A stretch of 62,413 nucleotides of DNA, the filler included, from Piptocephalis cylindrospora (lineage: Eukaryota): assembly GCA_003614145.1 (NCBI GenBank). It is 16 parts of 16 records of this genome, joined end to end, with 100 filler letters (N's around TTAATTAATTAA, not from the genome) between each part and the next. Parts side by side here need not be neighbours in the genome. Positions count along the whole stretch, not along the records: positions 46,989 to 50,772 come from KZ988626.1; positions 50,873 to 54,655 come from KZ988627.1; positions 54,756 to 58,538 come from KZ988628.1; positions 58,639 to 62,413 come from KZ988629.1; 12 more parts are not named here. The stretch is one strand, 5' to 3'. The notes under the pieces were generated by a model, which made no database searches, had not been told where the DNA came from, and saw only the letters and a list, made by a program, of their open reading frames with translations. Each line of letters starts with the position of its first letter. Positions within the stretch are counted from its first letter, which is position 1. Position numbers and translations under genes: made by a program. This document shows positions 49,238 to 61,147 of the stretch, piece by piece.

Positions 49238-50743
49238 TCATGCTACTTGGGACTCACAGGAAGCCTGCTGATTCTTAGGGATGTGCTTGGTTAGATGGGC
49301 CGTGTAGGTGGGGAGAGGACATCCAACGGCAAAGTCACACCAGGAAGCCTCGAGAGGAGCGCCATTGTAGAGGAGACGCCCCAGCCAATCTTCTTGGGAT
49401 CCAGTGGCATTATCCTTCTTCCACAGCTCGACGATCAGGGAAGATGCGTAGGGCGGCCAGGATCGATCGGTAGATTCCAGGGCGGCCAGGAGAAACAGGA
49501 GAGTAGAGTCGTGGGCCGAGTACAAGTTGGCCTTGGGGACGGGGCGACCCTGGGTCACATCCAACAAGAGATCCCGGGTCTCTCGGAGGAAAGGACCGAT
49601 GGTCAGGTCATTGATCTCCCGGGCCTTGGGGAGAGTCCGGTGGAAGAGGAGCTTTTCCCGGGTTCCGGCCTCGAGAAGCTGCCTGGCTTGATCCTTGGTA
49701 ACACAATTACTCTTATCCTTGCTGTCACAGGGCAAAGGCTTGGCATGGCAGACACGGGCATTGACGACATCCATGAACGGTACCAAAGAGGGGCCATACT
49801 TGTGGTCGGTGGAGGAAGAAGTGAATGAAGCAATGCTATTGAGGTGGGTACGAAGGGTACTTGTCTGGTTCCAGTAGGCCTGGAACTCGGTGGTCTTGGT
49901 ACGATTAACCTCAAATTCTTCAACACGAGGGCACTGCTCATGCGGATCGACCAAGGTGTCGAGTACCCGGGGGCGGACATGAACGGTAAGGGGAGCGGTG
50001 GTGGTGGTGTTGTCAGAGGAGGCCCGATGCTCAGGAGGATAGAGACCAGTCAACTGAGAGGAAAGAGATTGACGGGTCCTCCACCTATCCGTCGTCCTCA
50101 GGTACATGACGGAAGGGTCCAGGGTGGAGGGCAGAAAGGCAAGCTTGTCCACATAGATAGATCTCAGGGCCTGACCTAACTCATGATGCTGCTGGATCCC
50201 CTTGGGCGTCAATTGACCGGGGATGCACGATCCACGCCACATGTTCTTGGAGTAGGGACTAGAGGAAGGAGTGGTGTAATCCAAAACGATGGACTCGGTT
50301 ACCGAGTTTCCCTTGGACCCAGCCACATGCTGGACTTCGCGCGACTCGCCACAATCCCAGATTCCCGAGTCTCCCTGAAGGACCCGGATAGGCGTACGAT
50401 CTCCATGACGGAAAACCTCTTGTAATTGATGCAAAGTAGCGTTGGGCAAGGGGGTGTACGAGTCGGCAGAGGGGATCGGGGCTTGACAATACGAGTAATC
50501 CTTTGAGAGGAGAGGAGAAGTATAATTGACTGTGGAGTCAATGACATGGATCGTAGCATTGACTGTAGCATCGGTGACATTGGCTGTAGCATTGACTGTG
50601 ACATCAGTAGCATTGACCTGAGCATCGGACGGGGTTGAGCTAGACCGAGAGGGAAGAGGAGCAACCAGGGGGGTATGGGGAAGGAGAGTGGAGGCTTGGA
50701 CAGCCGACACCAGGACGAGGAGGGACCAGAGGCTAGATTGCAT
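49238..50743 (-). CDS. Secreted histidine acid phosphatase
   Basis: Signal peptide and motifs RHGDRTP, GQLTPKG, YSAHDST and PPYASS. Confidence 0.93.
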   Translation of the reverse strand: MQSSLWSLLVLVSAVQASTLLPHTPLVAPLPSRSSSTPSDAQVNATDVTVNATANVTDATVNATIHVIDSTVNYTSPLLSKDYSYCQAPIPSADSYTPLPNATLHQLQEVFRHGDRTPIRVLQGDSGIWDCGESREVQHVAGSKGNSVTESIVLDYTTPSSSPYSKNMWRGSCIPGQLTPKGIQQHHELGQALRSIYVDKLAFLPSTLDPSVMYLRTTDRWRTRQSLSSQLTGLYPPEHRASSDNTTTTAPLTVHVRPRVLDTLVDPHEQCPRVEEFEVNRTKTTEFQAYWNQTSTLRTHLNSIASFTSSSTDHKYGPSLVPFMDVVNARVCHAKPLPCDSKDKSNCVTKDQARQLLEAGTREKLLFHRTLPKAREINDLTIGPFLRETRDLLLDVTQGRPVPKANLYSAHDSTLLFLLAALESTDRSWPPYASSLIVELWKKDNATGSQEDWLGRLLYNGAPLEASWCDFAVGCPLPTYTAHLTKHIPKNQQASCESQVA

Positions 50744-50916
50744 GATAGACGGGTGGTGAATAGGATGTAGGANNNNNNNNNNNNNNNNNNNNNNNNNNNN
50801 NNNNNNNNNNNNNNNNTTAATTAATTAANNNNNNNNNNNNNNNNNNNNNNNNNNNNNNNNNNNNNNNNNNNNTTTCAGTCTATTGGTTTCTTGTTTTCTT
50901 CTCTCTTTTTTCCACC

Positions 50917-51789
50917 ATGTCGCTTCCTTCCTTCAGCCAGCTTGCTCACATTTTCTTCCATGAAGATAGGTGCCTCTCTTTCCTCCGGGAAAGAGGCTGT
51001 TTCTACAACGAGTGGACCTGCCCCAAGTGCCAAGTCCAGATGATCTACGAGGACGCACGGCAGCGGTTTTGGTGCTGCAGTTGGAGGTGCGGGGAGGAGA
51101 TCCCTCTGCGTCGACATTCTTTTTTCGCTGGACGCCGCCTCCCCACTTCCAAGATAATGCACCTTGCTTATCTTTGGCTGAAGCAGGACAGCGTGGGATC
51201 CATGCAGGTTGCAACGGGGCAGTCCAAGGGTCACCTGGCGTCCATCATCCAGGACTTTCGGCAGCTGGTTAACGACGCCGTGGACGAAGAAGACGTTTTG
51301 ATCGGTGGTCCGGGGATCGTGGTGGAGATTGACGAGACCAAGTTTGGCAAACGTAAGTACCAGAGGGGGCACCGCGTTGAGGGCGTCTGGATCCTAGGGG
51401 GGTGGAGCGCTCTCCCGAGCGTCGGTTTTTTTGGCCTCACCGTCCCGGACCGCAGTGCTGCCACCCTCGAGGCGGCCATTACCTGCCATGTTCGGCCTGG
51501 ATCCATCATCTACACGGACATGTGGCGTGGCTACAACGGGCTGTCCAGGATCAACGGCTACCAGCACTACACGGTCAACCACTCGGAGACGTTCAGGGAC
51601 CCGGTAACCGGGGTCCACACCAACACCATCGAGGGGACCTGGGCAGGCATCAAAAGGGCCATTCCTCCAAGATGCTACACCAAGGACATGGCGGATGACC
51701 ACCTGTGGGAGTTCATCTGGCGCCGCAAGAACAGGGCTCGTTTGTGGGATGCCTTTCTAGATGCACTGGCCGATGTGCACTTTGAATGA
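50917..51789 (+). mobile_element. Merlin family 2 transposase, 290 aa
   Basis: CPKC zinc ribbon, VVEIDETKFGKRKY, IYTDMWRGY, VNHS and HTNTIEGTW (D-D-E). Confidence 0.93.
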
Positions 51790-51792
51790 GGG

Positions 51793-51976
51793 AAAAGATT
51801 TGATGTGTATTCCCAAGTCTGAGGGAAGGGGGACTAGAAGGGTTCCTTATATAGGAAGAGGGGGATTATGGGATGGTAGTTCTAGACTAGCCAGTTCTAG
51901 ATCTGTCGGGGAATGAAAACTTTGTGGCAAGTTTTCATAATTCCCTGAACATTTTGTAATGATTTTCATCATTACA
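51793..51976 (-). mobile_element. Truncated LTR, opposite orientation to pol
   Basis: Ends ATCATTACA; ATTTGATGTG...CCAAGTCTG.GG is shared with 26811-27101; TATATAAG on the minus strand. Confidence 0.65.
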
Positions 51977-54655
51977 CGTCTCCTCCGCCAAGATCACCAA
52001 GCTTTCCTCATCTTCCTCGCCCCGGTTTCCTCCACGTCTCCTTCCCCCACCGCCTCGCTTTCCGCCATCTCTCCCGCACCCGCCGCTCAAGTCAAGTTCC
52101 TCCAGGACCTCCAAGTCAAGTTCAAGGATATCTTTCCCGCCGAGCTCCCCGCCGAGCTACCCCCGCACCGTTCCGTCGACCACAAGATCGAGCTCGTCCC
52201 CGGTACCACCCCGCCGTTCAAGGGTACCTACCGCCTCGCCCCGCCAGAACTGGAGATCCTCAAGTCCCAGCTCAAGGAGCTCCTCGACGCCGGGTACATT
52301 GTCCCGAGTCAGTCCCCCTTTGGCGCCCCCGTCCTCTTTGTCAAGAAGAAGGATGGCTCTCTGCGCATGTGTGTGGACTATCGGGCCCTCAACAAGGCCA
52401 CCATCAAGAACAAGTACCCTCTACCTCGCATCGACGACCTCTTCGACCAAGTCCGAGGAGCCCGTGTCTTCTCCAAGATTGACCTCCGCTCTGCCTACCA
52501 CCAAGTCCGTATCGCCGACAAAGACATCCCCAAGACCGCCTTCCGCACCCGGTACGGCCACTACGAGTTCCGCGTTCTCTCCTTCGGGCTCACCAATGCC
52601 CCCGCCACCTTCCAAGCCCTGGTCAATGACATCTTCAAGCCCCTCCTCGATGTGTGCGTCGTCGTCTACCTTGACGACATCCTCATCTACAGCCGCACCC
52701 CCGAGGAACACCAAGACCACCTCCGTCAGGTGCTCGAGGCCCTCCGCCGACACAAGCTCTATGCCAAGTGGGAAAAATGCGAGTTCTTCCGAGACCGCGT
52801 CGAGTACCTGGGTCATGTAGTCTGCGCCGAGGGCATCGCCACCGACCCCGCCAAGGTACGAGCCGTTTCCGAGTGGCCAGCCCCCAAGACCGTCAGCGAA
52901 CTTCGTTCCTTCCTGGGCCTGGCCAACTACTACCGCCGTTTTGCCCCTGGATACGCCCGCATAGCCACCCCGCTCACCGACCTCCTGTGCCGCGACAAGC
53001 CCTTTACCTGGTCCGACTCTGCCTCCAAGGCCTTCCAAGCCCTCAAGTCTACCCTTACCTCCGCCCCCGTTCTCCGCACCTTCAACCCTGATGTCCCGAC
53101 CCGCATTGAGACGGACGCCTCCAACTTTGCCGTAGGCGCCGCCCTGCTCCAGAGGGAAGGTGATGGGAAGCATTGGCTTCCTGTTGCTTTCGAGTCTCGC
53201 AAGATGACCCCCGCCGAGAGGAACTACCCCGTCCACGAGCAGGAGCTTCTGGCTCTCATCCATGCCCTCAAGACGTGGCGTCATTACCTCTACGGCACAC
53301 CCTTTGAAGCCCATACCGACCACCGAACCCTCCAGCACTTCCAAGACCAGCCCAACCTGTCCCGCCGCCAAGCCCGATGGTCCGAACTTCTCCAGGAATA
53401 CGATGTCCGCATCCTCTACAAGCCTGGAAAGTCCAACATCATCGCCGACTCCCTCTCCCGCCGCCCCGACCTCAAGCTCGCCAGTGTCACCACCGTCCAA
53501 CCCGCCTACCTCGACGAGTGCCGTTCCGGCTACGACAAGGATCCCGACTTTGGTGACATGTTCAAGTGTCTCTCCAAGACCCTGACCGCCCCAAGACCCG
53601 CAAGCCTCAAGTCCCGTCTCCGCAAGTTCTCGTTCAAGAATGGCCTTCTCTACTTTCAAGACTCAAGACTCTGCATTCCCCGCGACCCCAAGCTCCGTTA
53701 CAAGATTATCCACGACCACCACGATGCCTCCGGACACCTGGGCCTCGAGAAGACCTACCTGGCCCTCCACCGCTTCTTCTTCTGGCCTCGCCTCTACTCG
53801 GAGGTCATCAAGTACGTCAGTTCGTGCGACGCTTGCCAAAGGAACAAGTCCTCCAACCAGCGGGCTCAAGGCCTCCTCCAGCCCCTTCCTGTTCCCTCGC
53901 ACGCCTGGGAGTCCATTTCAATGGACTTTATCACCCACCTTCCGCCCACCGCCTCGGGTCACGACGCCATCCTCACCATTGTGGATCGCCTCAGCAAGCA
54001 AGCCATGTTTGTCCCAACCACAAGTACCGCCGATGCCCCTGCCACCGCCAAGCTTTTCTTCAAGAATGTGTACCGCCACCATGGTCTCCCGTCCTCCATT
54101 GTTTCCGACCGAGACCCCAAGTTCACGAGTCGTTTCTGGAAATCCCTCTTCTCCCTCGCTGGCACCAAGCTCTCCATGTCCACGGCCAATCATCCCCAGA
54201 CCGACGGACAGACAGAACGCCTCAACCGGACCCTCGAGGAAATGCTCCGTTCCGTGGTCTCCTACGACCAGTCTGACTGGATTGACCACCTCCCCCTCCT
54301 GGAGTTCTCCTACAACAACGCCACCAATTCCACCACCGGTTTCTCCCCCTTCTTCCTGGTCCATGGCCACCATCCCACCACCTTCTCCTCTCCCCCGTCC
54401 CCCGAGTCTGCCCTGGTCCCCGCGGCCACCGACACCCTCAAGCGCATGGAGGCCATTACCAAGGCCGCCATCGACCACATCCGCGCCGCCCAAGATCGTC
54501 AAGCCAAGTACGCCAACCAGCATCGACGAGAGGTTACCTTCCAGGTTGGTGACCAAGCCCTCCTCTCCATCGCCCACGCATCCCCGGACATCGAATCCCG
54601 TCGTCCCTCCAAGTCCCTTGGTCCACGCCACTCTGGTCCTTACCGGATCATCGAG
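51977..54655 (+). mobile_element. Ty3/Gypsy pol (RT, RNase H, integrase), open frame, truncated at both ends
   Basis: [26 protein letters not shown] zinc finger, ISMDF, SDRD, QTERLN and GPY. Confidence 0.97.
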
Positions 54656-54910
54656 NNNNNNNNNNNNNNNNNNNNNNNNNNNNNNNNNNNNNNNNNNNNT
54701 TAATTAATTAANNNNNNNNNNNNNNNNNNNNNNNNNNNNNNNNNNNNNNNNNNNNCCCCTTCCATCGCTTCTCCCCCCTTTCCCTTTTAAATTCCTTCAT
54801 TGTCGTATTCACAGGGCCCTGCTTCGCCTTACCCCTGTCTTCAAGCCTCTAATTTCCCCCTCGCAATCTACCCTGCATTTCTTCCTCGTAGACCTTTCAT
54901 TAGCCGACCC

Positions 54911-56799
54911 ATGGAAGCTACACCACCATCTCGGTCCTTGTCGACCACTGGTGCGCCTGCCGCTGGATCTTCCTCTTCCTCCTCTACTCCTCACTCTCTA
55001 ACGGCCTCCCTCTCCACCTCCCCATCCTCCACCTCCAGTCCATCTCTGCATCCACTTGCTATGGATCATTATCCTGTCCGACACCCCTCTACCCGATCCT
55101 CCACCCGGCAATCCCGGCTCTCTCTCGGGGGCTTCTCCGATCCCTCGGTCTCCTCAGAAGACGAGGAGTTTGCCACGTCTTCCTCGGCCTTTTACGCCGA
55201 TCAGAATGGTCCAGCGGGTGATACCTCATTCAACGGCTCTTTATTTCCCCTTAGTCCTGAGTTAACTGCGGTGGAGGAGGTAAGTGGATGGGAGGAATGG
55301 TATACTCAATAGGATGTGGCATCAGAAAGATTTATTTCATTCCTTCCTCACTGTGCATAGCTTATTGCGCCAGGTGAAGGAGGCGTGGGGGAGGCAATAG
55401 GACTGGCAGGTCCGGTCATACGGGAGGAGGGTGTCATGGAGGCAGGGGGTGATGGGATGCATGGAGATGCAGTAAACGAGGCAGGGCATGGAGGAGCTGG
55501 CGGTGGAGGAGCCCCCCTTCCACCAATGATGGGAGAAGAAGCGGGAATGGAGGATCCAGGGGCGCATAACAGACCAGATCAAGAACTCCTTCAAGAAGAG
55601 ATATCGGATCTTCGAACTTTTTGCACCAGGCCTGTCCCCATTGGTGATCGAGTCCTATGTAGGATTATCCGAAGGAAGGACGGAGTACGAAAGCTATATC
55701 CCCGGTATGAGCTATACCTAGAGCCAACAAGAGATGAGGAGACTGGCCTCATGTCAGGGAGCGTCTTTCTCATGTCGGCCACCAAGAGAAGGCGTACTGG
55801 CCCCTCCCATTACACCATCACCCTGACGCGGGGCCAAAGGGTGGGTGGAAGGGAGGATATTGTGGGGAAGGTTCGGTAAGCTATCTGTAGTATATAATGT
55901 GATGAGATGGGATGGGAGCGGAGAATAGCATGACTCATCTGACATGGTCCTGGCGTGGATAGGTCTAACTTTGTGGGCACAGCCTTTGTGGTGTACGATG
56001 AGGGAGAAGATCCTTTTCGGAAGTCGGCGGAAGATCAAGGGAACTCATCCTCCCAAAAGCATCGACGAGAAGGACGTACGGGGCCTGAGGAGGAGGAATG
56101 CAAAACTATTCGACAAGAGCTCGCAGCAGTCATCTACGTAAGAGCGGGTGAGGGTGTATGCTTGCTCGGCTCGACTGACCATATCTTTTATCAGGAACCC
56201 AATATCTTAGGATTCAAGGGTCCCCGTAAGATGACTATCCTCAAACGTCGTATGCTCACTGGTGCAGAACCCACCGAGTACAGGCCAACTACAGTATGTA
56301 ACCTTCTCTCTCCTGGATGGTGCTCCTCAGGGCATTCCTTACCCTTCCATCCTCTCCCTTGTAGAAGTCAGAAACTCTGCTAGGACGCTTCAAGACGGGG
56401 GATCACGATGGTAGCCTCATCTTACACAACAAGTCACCCCAGTGGAGCGAGGGTAAGCAGTTGAATGGCTAGATTCGTATGGTACGCGTCTTAACCTCCT
56501 CAACATTTTAGAGACTCAGTCATACGTGCTCAACTTCCATGGGCGTGTAATGCTTGCTTCGGTCAAGAACTTCCAAGTGGTCCATGAACATGATTGTAAG
56601 TGATCTATCCCCTTTCCTCCCCGTGCATCATTTAATCCTAATTTGATCCATCCCTTTATCCATAGTGGATTATATTATCATGCAGTTTGGCCGAGTGACC
56701 GACTCCGCCTTTACAATGGATGTTCAGTATCCCTTTTCCCTTCTCGAGGCTTTTGGCATTGCCCTCACCTCCTTTGATGCCAAGCTTGCTTGCGAATGA
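54911..56799 (+). CDS. Tubby-like protein, multi-exon
   Basis: CRIIRRKDG...[58 protein letters not shown] and SFDAKLACE. Confidence 0.95.
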
Positions 56800-57001
56800 G
56801 GGGGGGATGGAGGATCCTATAGACCCCTCCACATTAGTTGCATGTACCGTGTAGTCATAAAGATAGAATAAGACGATGGACAACGATGATTGATGATTGA
56901 TGATGACTATGGAAGGGGTGTGAGAAATACACTTTCTCTTAACCTCACCCATTCCTTCTGTTAGGAAATACATCTCCGAGCAAAAAGGCAAAGATGAGCG
57001 T

Positions 57002-58235
57002 TCATTGAGTATCCTGGTCGTCTCTTTGGATAGCAGAGGCTTGATTGGCGTCGGCCTCCCTCACTTCTTTCCCGTACATGCGTCTCCCGCTCATTTCTAG
57101 GAGACCAACAGCATCAGGGTTCAATTCGGCTGCCGTTCCCACTCGAGGATCCACTCTTTCTCTATCGCTTTCTCGGACACACCATGCTTCGATATCACGA
57201 ATGGAGAACTCTTGTCCGGAGGCCAGACAGGGCGATCCAAATGTGGAGGAAAGGGGCTCAGCCCTGGATTGCCCCTTCTCCAAGCCCTGTTCCAGCCATA
57301 AACCAAAGAATTCCAATTGTCCACCCATACCCAATCCTGTTCGATGGAGCAGGGACAGATCAGTCCCTTTGCAAAAGCTAATGCAAATACTCTCTCCCCC
57401 CTGATATACTGTACGTACCATTTGGAAGGGTTTTTGAATCGTAATTCAAATACTGTCGATTCTCATTATATCCTTGATCCTTGTATATGCGTAACTTGGG
57501 CTGAAGGGTGAAGAGAAAGGCATCGGATTCGCCATAAAAGTCAGGTTTACGCTCCCAGTCCGTGAGGGTAAAGGCGCCAAAGCTGTATTGTTTCGTGTCG
57601 CGGACTAGGATGAGAGTGGATCCGGCTAAGGTTAGGGAATCCCGGAAGGAAAACCAGGAGCGTCCGGCTTCGGGGACATAAAGGGGCTGAAAAAGGGTGC
57701 AGGAGGGGGGTAGGGCATTCTTTAGGGCCCAGAGATCGATGGGTTCAAGGATGGAGGAAGAGGAGCAGGAGATGGGGGAGTGTGGGGCATTGAGGAACAT
57801 GATGGAAAGGGCTTGGGAGGCCAAATCACGGAATGGGCCGGACCGTTCGAACCACTCGGTGAAGGTGGAGGCGCTGGTCCGACCAGGGATCTTACATTGG
57901 GTCAGCCATGCCTCCTCCTCCTCCTCGGACACATCGGGCTCCCCGGTCTGACGTTTCCCGGAAAGGAGGATATACTCAACGAGACGAGACCGATCGACTG
58001 GCTTGGATCGTGGGAAGAGATGCTGGACAAGGATGTCGACATAACCGCCCAAGCTATGGGTACTGAGACTTCCAAAAGAGTAAAGGGAAGCGGTGAGGGA
58101 GAAGGATTGAACGTGGAAGAGCTGACGAGCCCCGCTGTAGAAGGATCGGGAAGTCATGGGGGAAGTGGAAGATGGGGGCCTGATGAGGGCTAGAAAACTT
58201 TCTCGTAGGGCAACCGGCATAAACGTACAGTATCT
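57002..58235 (-). CDS. TLDc-domain protein, Rtc5/MEAK7-like; N-terminus probably missing
   Basis: LILVRD...FGAF...FYGESDAFLFTLQP...YLN...LPNG/LGMGGQ...FGLWL...IEAW. Confidence 0.85.
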
Positions 58236-58638
58236 CTACAGGAGCATGGAAGAGTGGGGTCAATGGGCTAGGATAAAGGTTTCTCAGGAGAGAGGAACGA
58301 TAAAGGATATCCAGGGGCTGAGGAGTGGGGGCCAAGTGGTTAATCTATATTTATACTCTGGGAAGCTGCCTTTAAAGTGCGTGAGCAATGTCGCCACCGA
58401 GTCACCTGCTTCATTGGCCCGATGTGCGTGGGGTCGGAGATGATTGCTGGATCCGGATGAGGCCAATCGAGTATGTCTGGGTGCCCCTTCCATCGCTTCT
58501 CCCCCCTTTCCCTTTTAAATTCCTTCATTGTCGTATTCNNNNNNNNNNNNNNNNNNNNNNNNNNNNNNNNNNNNNNNNNNNNTTAATTAATTAANNNNNN
58601 NNNNNNNNNNNNNNNNNNNNNNNNNNNNNNNNNNNNNN

Positions 58639-60257
58639 AGAAATAAGTTGATGGGAAAAGGATGTAGTGAAAGACCACCTCGTCACACAAGGACAGGGAA
58701 GGGTACTTACCGGGAGTGTCCTCTTCCTCATCGTCATCTTCGCTAGAGATATCCTCATTTAACATGTCTTCACCACCCTCCTCATCACTCTCATTGGCGA
58801 ACAGTTCCTCATCCTCATCGTAAGCCTCCTCATCCTCATCCTCATCGCCCTCATCTCCATCCTCCTCCTTCTCAGCCTCATCACCCTCCTCTTCCTCGGG
58901 CTTGGGCTTGCCTCCCGTGGCAATACGATGAGCCTCCTTCTCTCGCACCTTCCGATCCACATTGGCTTCTTGCTCCTTCCGCCTCTTTCCCCTTTCCAAG
59001 GCCTCTTGGGCCCGCTTCTTCTCCTGGGCTTTGATCTCAGCCTCAGACCGCTTCTGGTACCGATGATACAGGACCTCTCCGTCACACATCCCAGCCTCTA
59101 CCTTGACCAAACGAAGTTCCATCCTAGGTCCAAGCTCTACGAGGCGCACAGCCCTTTGCTCCGACTTTCGGTTTCCACGTCCTGCGTAGGAAGACGCCAG
59201 AGTTACTGTAGACTCCCCTCCATCTTCTACATCACTTTCTGAGGCATGGGCCTCTCTAATAGGGCATATAATGGCTCAAAGTTAGTATATGATCTGCCCA
59301 AGTACTCATAAAGTCAGCAGGATAAACATGGTTCGCCCAGACCTACCGTAAGACAAACTCAGACACATCCTCCATGTTGCTCAAGTCCAAGTGAGATCCA
59401 GACACCACTTTTTTCATCCCTTTGCTCACCCCCGTAGGCTTGACATTGACCCCGTAGTGCCGAAAGTCAAAAGAGTCTGTCTGATCATTGTAATTGACCA
59501 AGACGACCCGACGGGCGTCGGCCAGACGCATCGTTCGGGGGTCCATGGCGGGGAAGAGATTTTGGAACATGGTCCCAGTCAGCTTAAGCTCTTTGCGATC
59601 CCCAGTGAAGTTGTTGAGCACGACGAGCGGTGAGCTCATGTATTCCGTCCCAGGGCTACGGGGTGTCCTCTGACTACTCAAAACATCCTTGGTCAGGGAA
59701 TAGCTCATCACTCGGAAGGTCAAGGTAGGTCCACGGGGATACCGGGCCACACGCATGGTCGTTCCCTTGTCAGTCTTACCGAACATGAGGAATTGCGTGA
59801 CACCCAATTGCCCAGCCACCATCAGGAAATCCTTGAGTTTGTTGCTCTTTCGCTCCTATTCATGATAGCACATTCACAGAGGAAAAGAGGTGGTAAGTAC
59901 ATGAAGAAGAGGATATGAAAGTCTCTCATCCATAATTTACTTTGAGCTTGGTGGCTGTGTGAGGCTCCATGACCCGACGGACATCCTTGACCAAAGCAGC
60001 GACATGGATGCCTGGATTACCGGACCGGATCACAAAGGATTTGGGGGCGCGGGCAGCCTGGGTCGACGCAGAAGTTGGGTTGCTTCCAGCTAGAGCCGTC
60101 TGATCCACCGGGACGTGGGTTCTCTTCTTTTGCTATTGAGTAGATGGAGGAAGGTAAGCAGGGGCAGTGCAAAGAGTCTGGTGTCTTTCCAAAGAAATCC
60201 GGGCCTACTCAGCTTGATAAAATGGAAAAATAAACCACTTACTCTACGCTTAGCCAT
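58639..60257 (-). CDS. SSF1: Brix-domain ribosome biogenesis factor Ssf1/PPAN, 3' end missing
   Basis: MAKRR, PKSFVIRSG, DVRRVMEPHTATKLK, PRGPTLTFRV, PLVVLNNF, RLVELGPRMEL and an acidic tail. Confidence 0.94.
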
Positions 60258-61147
60258 CTTTGTAGCTAATATCGGGGAGGAGAGGAAAAAACGAGGTGGT
60301 GGTTTAAGCAAGATTGAAGAGGAGAAGGTAGTTCAAGCAAGGTTGTAAGGGGAAACACACCTGTCTCGAAGGATAGGCGAACAAGGAATGTGTGCAGGTT
60401 TTGCGCGGAGAAAAAAGAAAAAAATCCAACACATATCAGATAGTGTTGGTCTTGAATATAGATACTCAGGCCAAGGGGGCCAAAGTGACAACGTTCTATA
60501 TACCAGCCAAATCAGCGTAGATAATAGAATGGCTTCTCAATTACAGAGCGGAAACTCAGGTTTTTAATCGTTCTCCCTTAAATCCTCTTGCATTGAGAAA
60601 ATAAAAGAACCTTTTAAAAAGCCCGGGTCAAGGCATTCTCCTGGCAAGTGAAATGACATTGTCATGTGTTTACTGACAAGGCCCGTTAACATAAAGTAGA
60701 GGATCTGTTGATCAGGATAGAGTAACGCTAGTAATGTGGTGCAACCTTTAATGAGATGTGTTTGCGTACTAGTGTTTGGTCATTTTTTTCCTTTCATCAC
60801 ATACAATAGCTACTTAAACATTCTATTTTTGGGGATGGTTGCTTTAAGGCATATATTCTAGAGTCGTTTATCCTTATTTAAAGCGACGACCATGGAGTCA
60901 TAGTTAGTGGCTCGTCATTATATGAGCTCTGGCTGTTTATAGGGATAAAGGACTCATTTTGAAAAGATTATTCAAATAACGAATAGCCGGTTCATTGATT
61001 TCATCTGCCCGACCCACATCAAGCCCTGTCCTCTCTCCCTCGTAAGGACCCCAAGAAAGGTCATTGACGCATAGATTGGGAAGAGCTCATTCGACCCACC
61101 TGAAAATCTATGGTCTTGTCCCATGGCCTCCTTTGTCATAAAAGAAC

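Noticed and set aside
52421..54631. Long antisense and alternative-frame ORFs over gypsy pol
   Set aside because: Shadow ORFs caused by strong C-ending codon bias
3865..58638. Regularly spaced TTAATTAATTAA as a repeat array or CRISPR
   Set aside because: Artificial linker embedded in N runs
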